Assembly: GCA_026388115.1 (NCBI GenBank)
Contig: JAPLKK010000035.1
Location: 1 to 62,578 of the forward strand
Length of the DNA: 62,578 bases
Reading direction: 5' to 3'
From: Elusimicrobiota bacterium
GTDB taxonomy: Bacteria > Elusimicrobiota > Elusimicrobia > UBA1565 > JACRDR01
The notes beneath the pieces were generated by a model. That model had not been told where the DNA came from. It saw nothing but the letters and a program-made list of their open reading frames with translations, and did no database searches. Shown in pieces: positions 18,084 through 27,531 of the stretch. Both the position numbers and the translations under genes were made by a program. Each line of letters starts with the position of its first letter. Within the stretch, counting starts at the first letter, position 1.

Positions 18084-19211
18084 TCAAGGCCGCCGGATGT
18101 GCATGGGCTGGGGGATCGAGATCTGGCGCATGCAATCCAACGCGAAGACGTCGGTCATGCCGGCGACGTAGTCGGTGACGATGGTCCGGCCGTTGTAGCC
18201 CTCTTTCTCGTAAATGGGCCTCAATTGTTCGACATAGCGGCCGAAATTCCGATCGACGTCGAGATCCATCGCCGCATAGGCCGCGAAATTGGTCCCGTGC
18301 TCTTTGAAGAGCTCGATGAAGTAGCCGTAGAGCGTCTCGATGATCGTCTTGATGTGGCGATGGTACTTGACCAGCCTCGGGTGGTAATAGATGCGCTCGT
18401 AGTTGAACGCTCCAAGCTCCGCGACCAGGGCGTGCCTTTCCGCGGAGAACCCCACGGCTTGCGAGGCCTTCGAGGTCTTGACTACGTCGGCGATCAGCGC
18501 GTCGATGATCTCGGCGTTGGTGCGCCCCAGGGAGGCGGCCACCTTCGGCGGGATGTCGTCGCGGGTGATGAGGCCCGCCATGATGGCGTCCTCGATGTCG
18601 CGCCCGAGATAGGCGATCCGGTCCGATAGGCGCAGGATGCAGCCCTCGTAGGTGGACGGCATGCAGACGCGGTCGCGGATGTTCTCGAGGTCGTTGGGGA
18701 CTTTCGACGGGACGAGGCCCTTCTCCTCGAAATCCTCGCCGTTGTGGCAGATGATCCCGTCTTTGACCGCATAGGTCAGGTTGAGGCCTTGGCCGTGGTT
18801 GGCCAGATGCTCCACGACACGGTAGCTGTTGATCTCATGGACGAACGACTTGGCGGTCCCGAGCGTAAGCGCCAGCGCCTTTTCGCCCTCGTGGCCGAAC
18901 GGGGCGTGTCCCAAGTCGTGGCCCAAGCCGATCGCGTAGGCGAGTTCGGTGTCGAGCTGCCAGTCCTCGCCCGAGAGGTTGAGCCCGCGGCAGATGGTGG
19001 CCGCGATCGTGGCCACGTGGAGGACGTGCTCGATGCGGGTGCAGACGTGGTCGTTGTCGGGGGCGTAGAAGACCTGCGTCTTGTGCTTGAGCCGGCGGAA
19101 CGGATACGAGTGGATGATCTTGGTCTGGTCCCGGAAGTACTCGGCCCGGATGTCGGGCGGCGTCGGCTTGGTGCGGCGCAGATAGACGTCTTGAGGCAGC
19201 GGGTTTCGCAT
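18084..19211 (-). CDS. dgt: Deoxyguanosinetriphosphate triphosphohydrolase-like HD-domain protein
   Basis: 'YFRD..KIIHS.PFRRLKHKTQVF', 'TRIEH', 'GHDLGHAPFGH.GE', 'DRIAY...DIED', 'DYVAGMTD.FA'; TACAAT upstream. Confidence 0.9.
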   Translation of the reverse strand: MRNPLPQDVYLRRTKPTPPDIRAEYFRDQTKIIHSYPFRRLKHKTQVFYAPDNDHVCTRIEHVLHVATIAATICRGLNLSGEDWQLDTELAYAIGLGHDLGHAPFGHEGEKALALTLGTAKSFVHEINSYRVVEHLANHGQGLNLTYAVKDGIICHNGEDFEEKGLVPSKVPNDLENIRDRVCMPSTYEGCILRLSDRIAYLGRDIEDAIMAGLITRDDIPPKVAASLGRTNAEIIDALIADVVKTSKASQAVGFSAERHALVAELGAFNYERIYYHPRLVKYHRHIKTIIETLYGYFIELFKEHGTNFAAYAAMDLDVDRNFGRYVEQLRPIYEKEGYNGRTIVTDYVAGMTDVFALDCMRQISIPQPMHIRRP

Positions 19212-19255
19212 CCTGAGGCGTATTGTACAAAGCTGGCCGCTGCCCGCGGTTGTTC

Positions 19256-21787
19256 CTATCTCGCCTGCGGCAGCCGGGTGAGGCCGATCACGCAGTCCGA
19301 GTCGGAGGGGTCCAGTTCGACGCAGCGGGTCCACTCCGCTCTCGCCTTCTCGAGCTCGCCCTTCTGATAGAAGATGATTCCGGCGTTCCAATGGGCGTTT
19401 GCTTGAGCGTTAGCTTCCCGCGATACCGGACGGCTCGGCCCCGGCCTGGGCCGGGCCGGCGGCGGCTTGGCCGGAGGGACGGCGGGACGCGGCTTTGCGT
19501 ACTTGCCGAGAAAGAGGGGGTCGAGCACATTCTTCAGGAGCTCGCCTTTCCGGGTGATCGACAGGAGCGCGGGGTTGGCTCCGTCCATGAAGAGGTCGCC
19601 GGGGAGGTCGAGGCGGACGATCGATGGGCGCTCCTCGGCTTCACCCTGCCAGATTTCGAGCGTCGTGCCGGTGTGGGCCAACAGGTACCGCCCGTCCGCT
19701 GAGAAGGCCAGCGCCCTTGGGACCCCGCTCGAAGCGAGCACCGCGGTCTCCCTGATCTCGTTCGTCCCGATGTGATGGAGATGCACCTTCTCGTTGCTCG
19801 CTCCCACGGCCACGCTTTCTCCCGTCGGGGAAAAGGCAAGCGAAACGGCGTCTTTAGCCAGCGGCACGGAGCGCATCGAGGACAGGTTCCACAAACGGGT
19901 CGGGCCGTCAGGGCCGGCGGAGGCCAAGGACCGCCCATCCCGCGAGAATGCAAGATGGGTCACGGGGCCGGGGTGGCCGGCCAGGCCGGCCCGTTCCCAC
20001 CTTTTGGCCACGTCCCAAATCCGGACGGAAAAGTCCAAGCCGCCCGAGGCCAATGTGCCGTCGCTGGCGATGTCTAGAGAAACGACGGAACGGGTGTGCC
20101 CCGATAGGACCGCTTTTTTCCTGTTCGTCGCCGTGTCCCAGATGAGGACTTCCTTGGACCCCCATGGGGCGAGGGCTAGGTATTTCCCATCCGGGGAGAC
20201 CTGCAGCGCGGCGTAGCGGGCGCCGGGCACGCCCAGCTTCGCGCGGCGCTTGCCGGAGGTCAGGTCCCAGACGTCCACCAACCCCGGCTTGCCCGACAAG
20301 GCGAGATACCGGCCTGTCTGCGAGAAGGAGAAGGAGAAATCCTTGCTCGCGGCGAAGATGCGGGCGCCCTTCGACAGCGGGCCGCGCCCAGGCAGAGCAA
20401 AAGGGATCTCGTAGACGAGGTCCATGCAGCCGGTGAAGGAAGGGTCCAGCCGGTGGCATTCGGTGAGCTCTTCCCTCGCCCGCTGATAATCTCCGCGGTT
20501 GAAGAGCGCCGATCCGGCGAGCCAGTGCTCCTGGGCGCGGCCGATCGCGTCCGGGGAGGCGGTCGGCGCCACGTACCGGTCCTGCAGGAGCGCTTTACAG
20601 GTCGAGGGCTCGAGCTGCTCGCAGTAGTCCAGCTCTCGTTTCCCCTTAGCGGGATCGTGTTTCATCAACCAGTCATATCCGCCGGCGCGGTAATAGTTGC
20701 GCGCCTGCACCCTCCTCTCGAGCTCAAGGGTGCCGCCGCGAAACGGGACCTTCAGCAGCTCGCCTCGCGGCGCCCGGAGCAGGACCGCCGGGTCGGCTCC
20801 ATCGGTGAAGAGCCGCTCGACCCGGAGGGCGCCGAACGTCGGAGGGGGGATCACCACCGGAGGGACTTTCAGGCTCAGCCACATGCTGACCGTCGAGCTC
20901 GAAGAGACGGAAATCAAGGAGCGGCCGTCCGCGGAGAATCCCAGCTGCATCACCGTCTCGCTGGACGTCGCGACGGCATCCTCGCGGATCGTCCGGAGGC
21001 CGCCGGCCAGGCCGCGATAGGCGCGCACGCGGCCGTCGCGCTCGCCGTAAGCGAGCGAATCCCCGTCGGGCGAAAAGGCCAGCGCCGTGATCGGGTCGGC
21101 TTTCGGCGAGAGGACCGCGGAGGTCCGCGACCCGACGTCCCACACGCGGACGGGGCGGCGGGGGCTCGCGCAAGCCAAGAGCCTCCCATCGGGCGAGAAG
21201 GTCACCTTGACGACGGGGCCTCCGTGTCCTTCGAGCCGCGCCAATTCCTTGCCCGCGGCGACGTCCCATAGGCGCACGGAGCCGTCCATGCCTCCTGAAG
21301 CGAGGACGCCGTCTTTCGAGAGGTCCATGGCCAGCACGGGCGCCTCGGACCGCAGCACCGCTTTCTCGGCTCCGGTCGCCAGGTCGATCAGATGGATGTC
21401 GCCCGACACGCCCCAACGCAGACCGAAGCGCTGATAGGCCCGCAGCGTGAAGAAGATGAGGAATCGCCGCCAATCGGGCGGGGTCGGGAAGGTGACAGCC
21501 AGCAGGTCTCCCTCCGGAAAGACGTACGCGGTGTAGGCCAAAAGATCGAACCGGCCGCGCCGCTCGCCTCGAGCGACATCCCAGACCTGGATATGCCCGT
21601 CTCTGTCCGCCGCCGCCAGATAGCGGCCGTCACGCGAGAAGAAGAACTCTCCTTTTCCGGCGGTGATGGTGGTCTGGGCCGACAAGGGGACGAGCAAGTG
21701 TTCGGACGGCGGCGGAGCCTCTTCGGCGCGCGCTCCTGTCGACGCGAGCGCAACGAGCAGGCTGCCCGCAGCCACTGCCGTGATCAT
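19256..21787 (-). CDS. Secreted WD40-repeat protein, two tandem propeller+TPR modules
   Basis: Many 'FSPDG/FSRDG...WD' repeats; duplicated 'LF.DGA.PA.L...GELLK' and 'HW.AG..F...G....A..E...C..LDP....C' motifs. Confidence 0.9.
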   Translation of the reverse strand: MITAVAAGSLLVALASTGARAEEAPPPSEHLLVPLSAQTTITAGKGEFFFSRDGRYLAAADRDGHIQVWDVARGERRGRFDLLAYTAYVFPEGDLLAVTFPTPPDWRRFLIFFTLRAYQRFGLRWGVSGDIHLIDLATGAEKAVLRSEAPVLAMDLSKDGVLASGGMDGSVRLWDVAAGKELARLEGHGGPVVKVTFSPDGRLLACASPRRPVRVWDVGSRTSAVLSPKADPITALAFSPDGDSLAYGERDGRVRAYRGLAGGLRTIREDAVATSSETVMQLGFSADGRSLISVSSSSTVSMWLSLKVPPVVIPPPTFGALRVERLFTDGADPAVLLRAPRGELLKVPFRGGTLELERRVQARNYYRAGGYDWLMKHDPAKGKRELDYCEQLEPSTCKALLQDRYVAPTASPDAIGRAQEHWLAGSALFNRGDYQRAREELTECHRLDPSFTGCMDLVYEIPFALPGRGPLSKGARIFAASKDFSFSFSQTGRYLALSGKPGLVDVWDLTSGKRRAKLGVPGARYAALQVSPDGKYLALAPWGSKEVLIWDTATNRKKAVLSGHTRSVVSLDIASDGTLASGGLDFSVRIWDVAKRWERAGLAGHPGPVTHLAFSRDGRSLASAGPDGPTRLWNLSSMRSVPLAKDAVSLAFSPTGESVAVGASNEKVHLHHIGTNEIRETAVLASSGVPRALAFSADGRYLLAHTGTTLEIWQGEAEERPSIVRLDLPGDLFMDGANPALLSITRKGELLKNVLDPLFLGKYAKPRPAVPPAKPPPARPRPGPSRPVSREANAQANAHWNAGIIFYQKGELEKARAEWTRCVELDPSDSDCVIGLTRLPQAR

Positions 21788-21916
21788 AAGGCGATTGATG
21801 TTCGCATTCTAGCATGCGGGCCCGCTGCGCCTATCGAGCGATTCCGGCGGCGGACGGCGGACAGATATCGCTATACTACGTTACGCCGTACCGACTCCAG
21901 AACCGAGGGGTGTCCC

Positions 21917-22765
21917 ATGTGCCAGTTTTGCCACGAGCACGGCGAGGGCAAGAAGTGGTACCTGCAGGCGAAGAACTATTCCGACGACCTGCTCAGCGAC
22001 GCGCGGCGGCGCAAGTTCATCGCTGAGTTCGCGAGCAGCGGCGTCGAGAGCCTGTCCAAGGAGTTCGGCGGCCTGAAGAAGCTCGCCAAGCTCCCCGGCC
22101 TCATCCGGGGGGTGCTGGCGCGCCTCGTCACCTGGAAGATGAAGAAGGTGCACTTCGGGCAGGTGGTGCCGATCGAGGAGATCGAGCAGATCTTCGGGTT
22201 CGTGAACTCCATCGTCCGTGTGGCCTGCATCTGCCGGCGCGTCTCTCTGGGGAAGGAGAAGCGGTACTGCTACGGGATCAGCCTCGAGCCGGACGGCGGC
22301 GAGTTCGGGCGCATCTTCTCTAGCGTGGACCATAGCTACGCCGACGGCCCGCACTCTCCGGGCCTGGAGCGCTTGACCCGGGAGCAGGCCCTGGAGGCCT
22401 TCCGCCAGCACGAGAAAGAGGGCCTCTGCCACACGGTCTGGACCTTCCACACGCCTTTCATCGCCGGCATCTGCAACTGCGACCGCAGCGACTGCCTGGC
22501 CATGCGCAGCACCGTGACCAACGCGGTGCCGGTGATGTTCCGGGCCGAGTGGCTCGCGCGCGTGGACCCGGAGAAGTGCACGGGCTGCCGGCAGTGCATG
22601 CGGCTGTGCCAGTTCGGCGCGCTGACCTTCAGCGCCGGCTCTTCCAAGGTCGCGGTCGACGAGCGGCGCTGCTACGGCTGCGGCATCTGCCGCTCCGCCT
22701 GCGCCCCCGGCGCCATCCGCCTGGAGGACCGCCGCTCCGACGCGGTGGCCTCAGGGCTGTGGTAG
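21917..22765 (+). CDS. 4Fe-4S dicluster domain protein
   Basis: C-terminal CxxCxxCxxxC x2; extra Cys clusters (CQFCHEH, CICR, CNC..DC); GAGG SD. Confidence 0.9.
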   Translation: MCQFCHEHGEGKKWYLQAKNYSDDLLSDARRRKFIAEFASSGVESLSKEFGGLKKLAKLPGLIRGVLARLVTWKMKKVHFGQVVPIEEIEQIFGFVNSIVRVACICRRVSLGKEKRYCYGISLEPDGGEFGRIFSSVDHSYADGPHSPGLERLTREQALEAFRQHEKEGLCHTVWTFHTPFIAGICNCDRSDCLAMRSTVTNAVPVMFRAEWLARVDPEKCTGCRQCMRLCQFGALTFSAGSSKVAVDERRCYGCGICRSACAPGAIRLEDRRSDAVASGLW

Positions 22766-22802
22766 GAGCGCGCCGCGCCGGGCTGGGTCGGACAGGCTTA
22801 AA

Positions 22803-22848
22803 GACTTGCCCTCACCCCTGCCCTCTCCCGCGAAGCGGGAGAGGGAGA
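22803..22848. repeat. REP-like palindromic element, type A, intergenic between convergent genes
   Basis: GCCCTCACCCCTG + hairpin CCCTCTCCCGC-GAA-GCGGGAGAGGG; copies at 31504-31546 and 60165-60207. Confidence 0.85.
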
Positions 22849-22850
22849 GC

Positions 22851-23915
22851 TCAGACGCGCCGCGGAAGCTCGAAGTAGAACGTCGTGCCCTTGCCGGTCT
22901 CGGAGTCGAAGGCGATGCGGCCGCCGTGCTTCTCGATGATGGTCTTCGAGATGGCGAGGCCGAGGCCCGAGCCGCCCCGCCGGTGCCCTTCGGCCTGGGC
23001 GAACTTGCCGAAGATCTTGTGGCGGAACTCCTCGGGGATGCCGCTGCCTTGGTCCACGACCGAGACGCGCACCGCGCCCTCTTTCTGCTCGGAGCGCACG
23101 GTGACGGCCCCGCCGGGCTTGGAGAACTTCATGGCGTTCGAGACGAGGTTGGTCAGCACCTGCGCGAGACGGTCCTCGTCGCCGCTCACGCGCGCGCCGC
23201 GGGCGGCGTGCTCCTCGCGGATCTCGATGCCGGAGCGCAGTCCGAGGGGGCGGATCAGCTCGACGACGTGCGCGATGAAGGCGGCGACGTCCACCTCCTT
23301 CTGGGCGAAGGCGGCCCCGGCCTCGATCTTGGCGAGGTCGAGGTACGCGTTGATGAGGTCGAGCATCCGGTCGCTGTTGCGCAGGCCCAGCTCCACGATC
23401 TGAGCGGGGCGGCCCTTCGGGTCGGCGGGCGACATCTCCTCTTGCAGCAGCTGCAACGAGGTCCGTATCGCCATCAGCGGGTTGCGCAGCTCGTGGCTGG
23501 CCATTGAGATCAGCTCGTCTTTCATGCGCTCGACCTGCTTGCGCGCGGTGATGTCCCGGAAGATGGCGCGGACGTACCAGGGCTTGCCGTCCTTGAAGCG
23601 GCAGGAGAGCGACCCTTCGACCTCGTACTGCTGGCCCGTCTTGGAGACCATCGTGCGCTCGACGTGAAGCAGCTCCTCGCCGGCCATCATGCGCGCGTTC
23701 GTCTTCTGGATGTCCTCTTTATGGTGCGGATGGATCATCTGGTAGGAGTTGACCGCACCGATCTCCTCCTTGGAATAGCCCAGCTTTTCGCGCCAGGCGC
23801 GGTTGACGTAGAGGATGCGGCCTTCGAGCGTGGCCAGACAGACGAGGTCGTCGATGCTCTCGAGCAGGTCCCGGAGGCCGGTCCCGCTGGTGACGATGGT
23901 GTCGAGTTCATCCAT
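22851..23915 (-). CDS. PAS domain sensor histidine kinase
   Basis: PAS; H box 'SHELRNPL'; 'NLVSNAMKF'; 'DQGSGIP'; 'GSGLGLAI'; 'GKGTTF'. Confidence 0.95.
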   Translation of the reverse strand: MDELDTIVTSGTGLRDLLESIDDLVCLATLEGRILYVNRAWREKLGYSKEEIGAVNSYQMIHPHHKEDIQKTNARMMAGEELLHVERTMVSKTGQQYEVEGSLSCRFKDGKPWYVRAIFRDITARKQVERMKDELISMASHELRNPLMAIRTSLQLLQEEMSPADPKGRPAQIVELGLRNSDRMLDLINAYLDLAKIEAGAAFAQKEVDVAAFIAHVVELIRPLGLRSGIEIREEHAARGARVSGDEDRLAQVLTNLVSNAMKFSKPGGAVTVRSEQKEGAVRVSVVDQGSGIPEEFRHKIFGKFAQAEGHRRGGSGLGLAISKTIIEKHGGRIAFDSETGKGTTFYFELPRRV

Positions 23916-23985
23916 GTCAAAAAACCTACAAAAATTGGAGCTAGTTGTTGCTGGATACTTAAGGGGATATAATCGGACTTGCGCC

Positions 23986-24522
23986 ATGGCCGATTTTACC
24001 GAGAAATGCGTCCGCCGGCGGGAGATCTATCGCGGCTCCGTCAATTTCCGCGTCGATCGCGTCCGGCTGCCCAACGGCCGCACGGCGATCCGCGAGTTCA
24101 CGGACCACCCCGGCGCCGTGGCGGTGGTACCGCTGTTGCCCGGCGGGCGGGTCGTGCTCGTGCGGCAGTTCCGCTATCCGGTGGGTGTGGTCACCTACGA
24201 AATACCCGCGGGCAAGCTCCACCGCGGCGAGGACCGGCTCCTTTGCGTGCGGCGCGAGCTGAAAGAAGAGACCGGGTTCACCGCCCGCTCGGTCAAGCCG
24301 CTGCTCCAGTTCTGGCCCACCCCGGCGTTCGCCAACGAGCTGATCCACATCTACCTGGCGCGCGGGCTCAAGCCCGGCGCGATGAACCCGGACGAAGACG
24401 AGTTCGTCGCGCCGGCGGTCCTGCCGCTCGCGCGCGCCTTGGGCTGGGTCTATTCCGGACGCATCCGCGACTCGAAGACGGTGATCGCGCTGTTGACCTG
24501 CAAGGCGCGCGGGATCAAGTGA
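23986..24522 (+). CDS. nudF: NUDIX hydrolase, ADP-ribose pyrophosphatase type
   Basis: 'HPGAVAV', 'QFRYP', Nudix box 'PAGKL...RRELKEETG', 'D.KT'. Confidence 0.9.
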   Translation: MADFTEKCVRRREIYRGSVNFRVDRVRLPNGRTAIREFTDHPGAVAVVPLLPGGRVVLVRQFRYPVGVVTYEIPAGKLHRGEDRLLCVRRELKEETGFTARSVKPLLQFWPTPAFANELIHIYLARGLKPGAMNPDEDEFVAPAVLPLARALGWVYSGRIRDSKTVIALLTCKARGIK

Positions 24523-24525
24523 CCG

Positions 24526-26601
24526 ATGCGGCCCGAGGAGATCGCCGAGTGGATCCCGTTCCTTAAGCGCAGTATCCTCTTTCGCGACCTGGTAGCCGAG
24601 GACCTGGAGAAGCTCGCGCTGAGGCTCCAGCCCCTGTCTCTTCCCAAGGGCGCGACCCTCTACTCGCGCGGCGAGCCGGGCAACTCCTTCTACCTTATCG
24701 CTTCCGGGCAGGTGCGGCTGCTGGCCGAGCGCGGCGGCCGCGAGGTGGTGACGGCCTTCCTCGGGCGCGGCGACTCGCTGGGGGAGATCTCGCTGTTGAC
24801 CGGCGAGCCGCGCTCCGTCACGGTGCGCCTCGACACCTCTTCCGAGTTCCTCGTCCTATCCAAGAAGGATTTCGAGGAGGTGGTGCGCGAGACGCCCTCG
24901 ATCCTGGTCCAGCTTTCGCGCATGATCGCCCAGCGCATGCTCACCTCCCAGGGCGGCGGCGCCCAGCCGGTGGAGGGGGAGGCCGCCGACCGCCAGGAGC
25001 TGGTGATGATCGTCAACGCGCTCGAGGCCCCGGCGCGCACCCTGCTCACGATGCATCTGGCGCTCGCGGTGGTCGAGCAGACGCGGCGGCGCGTGCTGCT
25101 GGTGGACATGTCGCCCGAGACCGGCGCGGTGGCCAAGGCGATGGGGCTCAAGCCCGTGCTCACCAGCGAGGCGATGCTGCGCGAGCAGGATCTGCGGGAC
25201 CCGGCCGTCTTGCGCAACCTGGTGAGCGAACATCCCTCGGGCCTGGAGGTGATGAGCCTCCCCTCCGTCATCCTCGGCGGCAGGCTGTATCGCGGCATCT
25301 TCCTGCTGATGAACCTGCTGCGCGAGAGCCACGACTTCGTGCTGGTCGCCGCGGGCCGCGAGCTGGGCGACGTGGAGAAGTCCATCCTCGAGGAAGCGGA
25401 TCAGTGGGTCCTGTTGGGCTCGGCCGCGACGGCCGGGGCTTTCCGCGCGCTGGAGCTGGAGATGGGCCGCATCGCTCCTCAACAGCGGCGCATGGTGAAG
25501 GTCTGGGTCGGCTCGCCGGAGACCGCCACCGCCCCCGTGCTCCATCGCGAGGGCGCGGTGACGATCCCGTGGTCGGACGAGCTCGCGGCCGAGTACGGCC
25601 GCGGCGTCTCGCCGTACCAGGCGCTGGAAAAGCACCCCAAGACGCGCCGCGGCATCGACCGCCTCGCCCGCCGCATCGCGCGGCTCTCCGTCGGCTTGGC
25701 CATGGGGACCGGCGCGGCGCTCGGCTACTCGCTCATCGGCATCCTGAAGGGGCTGAAGAAGGCCGGCATCGACGTGGACATGCTGGCGGGGACGTCGATG
25801 GGCTCGCTCATCGCCGGCTTTCAGGCTTTGGGGATGGAGCCGGAGGAGACCGCCGCCATCGCCATGCAGGTGGACAAGGCGTGGGTGTACGAGAACCTTT
25901 TCTGGGACCTCACCGTTCCCCGCTCCGGCCTCTTCGCCGGCACGACGCTCCATCGCTTCATCCGCTCCTATTTCGGCGCGCGGCAGTTCCATGAGCTCGA
26001 GCTTCCTTTCGCCTGCGTCGCGACCGACATCGAGACCGGCGAGGAGGTGGTGCTGCGCGAGGGCCGCGTGGCCGACGCGATCCGCGCCTCGTGCGGCATC
26101 CCGCTGCTCTTCGCGCCGTTCCACCACGAGGGGCGCTTCCTCGTCGACGGCGGCCTCGTCGACCCCGTCCCGACGCAGGTGCTCAGCCAGATGGGAGCCG
26201 ACGTCCTCATCTCGATCAACCTGACCATGCCGGCGGGGCAGCGCAAGAGCTCCGTGCGCGAGCGGCATGAGGCGGTGTTCTCGCGGATCGCGGACCTGAG
26301 CAAGCTCAAGGAGCTGACCCTGCCCGAAGCTCTGAAGGCGCCCTCGATGATCGAGATCTTGTTCCAGATGATCTACACGATGGAATACGAGATCGCTCAG
26401 TCGCGGGTGAACCTGGCGCACGTGGTCATCCACCCCGACCTGAGCGGCTTCCACTGGACCGAGATGCACCGCGGCAAGGACTTGATCGAGATGGGCGAGC
26501 GGGTCGCCGAGGAGTCGGTGCCCAAGATCAAGGCGATCCTGCCCTTCTTCGCCGATCACTGCAAGCTTCCCGCGCGCAAGTCGTCCTGGAAGTCCTACTA
26601 G
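24526..26601 (+). CDS. cNMP-binding + degenerate ParA/CpaE-like + patatin phospholipase fusion
   Basis: cNMP 'GEISLLTGEPRSVTV'; middle 'VLLVDM','HPSGLEV','HDFVLV'; patatin GTSMG and DGG. Confidence 0.85.
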   Translation: MRPEEIAEWIPFLKRSILFRDLVAEDLEKLALRLQPLSLPKGATLYSRGEPGNSFYLIASGQVRLLAERGGREVVTAFLGRGDSLGEISLLTGEPRSVTVRLDTSSEFLVLSKKDFEEVVRETPSILVQLSRMIAQRMLTSQGGGAQPVEGEAADRQELVMIVNALEAPARTLLTMHLALAVVEQTRRRVLLVDMSPETGAVAKAMGLKPVLTSEAMLREQDLRDPAVLRNLVSEHPSGLEVMSLPSVILGGRLYRGIFLLMNLLRESHDFVLVAAGRELGDVEKSILEEADQWVLLGSAATAGAFRALELEMGRIAPQQRRMVKVWVGSPETATAPVLHREGAVTIPWSDELAAEYGRGVSPYQALEKHPKTRRGIDRLARRIARLSVGLAMGTGAALGYSLIGILKGLKKAGIDVDMLAGTSMGSLIAGFQALGMEPEETAAIAMQVDKAWVYENLFWDLTVPRSGLFAGTTLHRFIRSYFGARQFHELELPFACVATDIETGEEVVLREGRVADAIRASCGIPLLFAPFHHEGRFLVDGGLVDPVPTQVLSQMGADVLISINLTMPAGQRKSSVRERHEAVFSRIADLSKLKELTLPEALKAPSMIEILFQMIYTMEYEIAQSRVNLAHVVIHPDLSGFHWTEMHRGKDLIEMGERVAEESVPKIKAILPFFADHCKLPARKSSWKSY

Positions 26602-26673
26602 GGGCCGGCCGGCGACCAAAGTCTCACCGACGCCCGCTTGCGGATCATCAGGGTCCTCTTTATACTGAAGGGC

Positions 26674-27531
26674 GTGAAAACGGGATGGGCGCTCTTGCTG
26701 CTCCTGCTCGCGTCGCCGGCGGCGGCCGCCGCGCCCGCGCCCTCGATTTCGGACGAGCGGCTGGTCTCGCGCCTGCTGGAGCGGGCCGCGCAGGCGGCGC
26801 GAGCGAAGGACCGCAAGGGTTTCGCCGCTTGCCTGACGGCGGAAAGCCGCGCCTTGTTCGATAAGCTGTTCCCGGGCGGCAGCTTCGAGCCGGTGGACAT
26901 CGGCGGGCGTTTGGATCTTCGCCTCCTCTCGCTGCGCAGGCACGCCGGGCGCCCTTGGGCCATGGCCGTGGTGCCCGCGAAGGAGGGCGGCGGCGAGGAC
27001 GCGATCTTCCTGAGGGGGGAGGGCGGCCGCTGGCTCGTCGACGACCAGCACGGGCTCCTCCTCTGGGATACGGTCCAGGCCATCATGCGCTCCAAGAACG
27101 GGGAGCGGCGGCGCCGGCAAGAGGTGCAGGCGCCCACCCTGCTTGCCAAGCAGGCCAAGAAGGCCGCCCTGCCGGAGGGCTGGGCGGTCGAGGACCCATC
27201 GGGCGAGGACGATTGGATCCATCTGCCGGCGGTGCGGGAGGCGTTCATCCAGAAGCTGCACGGTCCGCGGGAGAAGAACATCCGCGCCAAGTTCATCCTC
27301 TTCTCCAGCTCCGAGGACGCCGAGTGGGAGTTGTGGCGCCGCCGCATGGAGCTGACGCTGAAGTCCGACCTTCCTGACAAGCAGCCGAGCGTCGGCGAGG
27401 CCGCGGTGCTGGGAAGGCACTCGAGCAGTTCCTACGAGCTTTTCTCGCGCAAGGGGCGGTCCCTGCTCATCCTCTACGGCGACTCGGAGGACGTGGTCGC
27501 CATCGGCGAGCGCCTCGTCGCGCAGCTATAG
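26674..27531 (+). CDS. Secreted hypothetical protein
   Basis: GTG start 7 nt after TATACT; signal peptide MKTGWALLLLLLASPAAAA. Confidence 0.7.
   Translation: MKTGWALLLLLLASPAAAAAPAPSISDERLVSRLLERAAQAARAKDRKGFAACLTAESRALFDKLFPGGSFEPVDIGGRLDLRLLSLRRHAGRPWAMAVVPAKEGGGEDAIFLRGEGGRWLVDDQHGLLLWDTVQAIMRSKNGERRRRQEVQAPTLLAKQAKKAALPEGWAVEDPSGEDDWIHLPAVREAFIQKLHGPREKNIRAKFILFSSSEDAEWELWRRRMELTLKSDLPDKQPSVGEAAVLGRHSSSSYELFSRKGRSLLILYGDSEDVVAIGERLVAQL

Noticed and set aside
7559-26601. Patatins as CBASS/Pycsar defence effectors
   Set aside because: No cyclase, CD-NTase or defence-island context; both resemble housekeeping NTE/RssA-type patatins.
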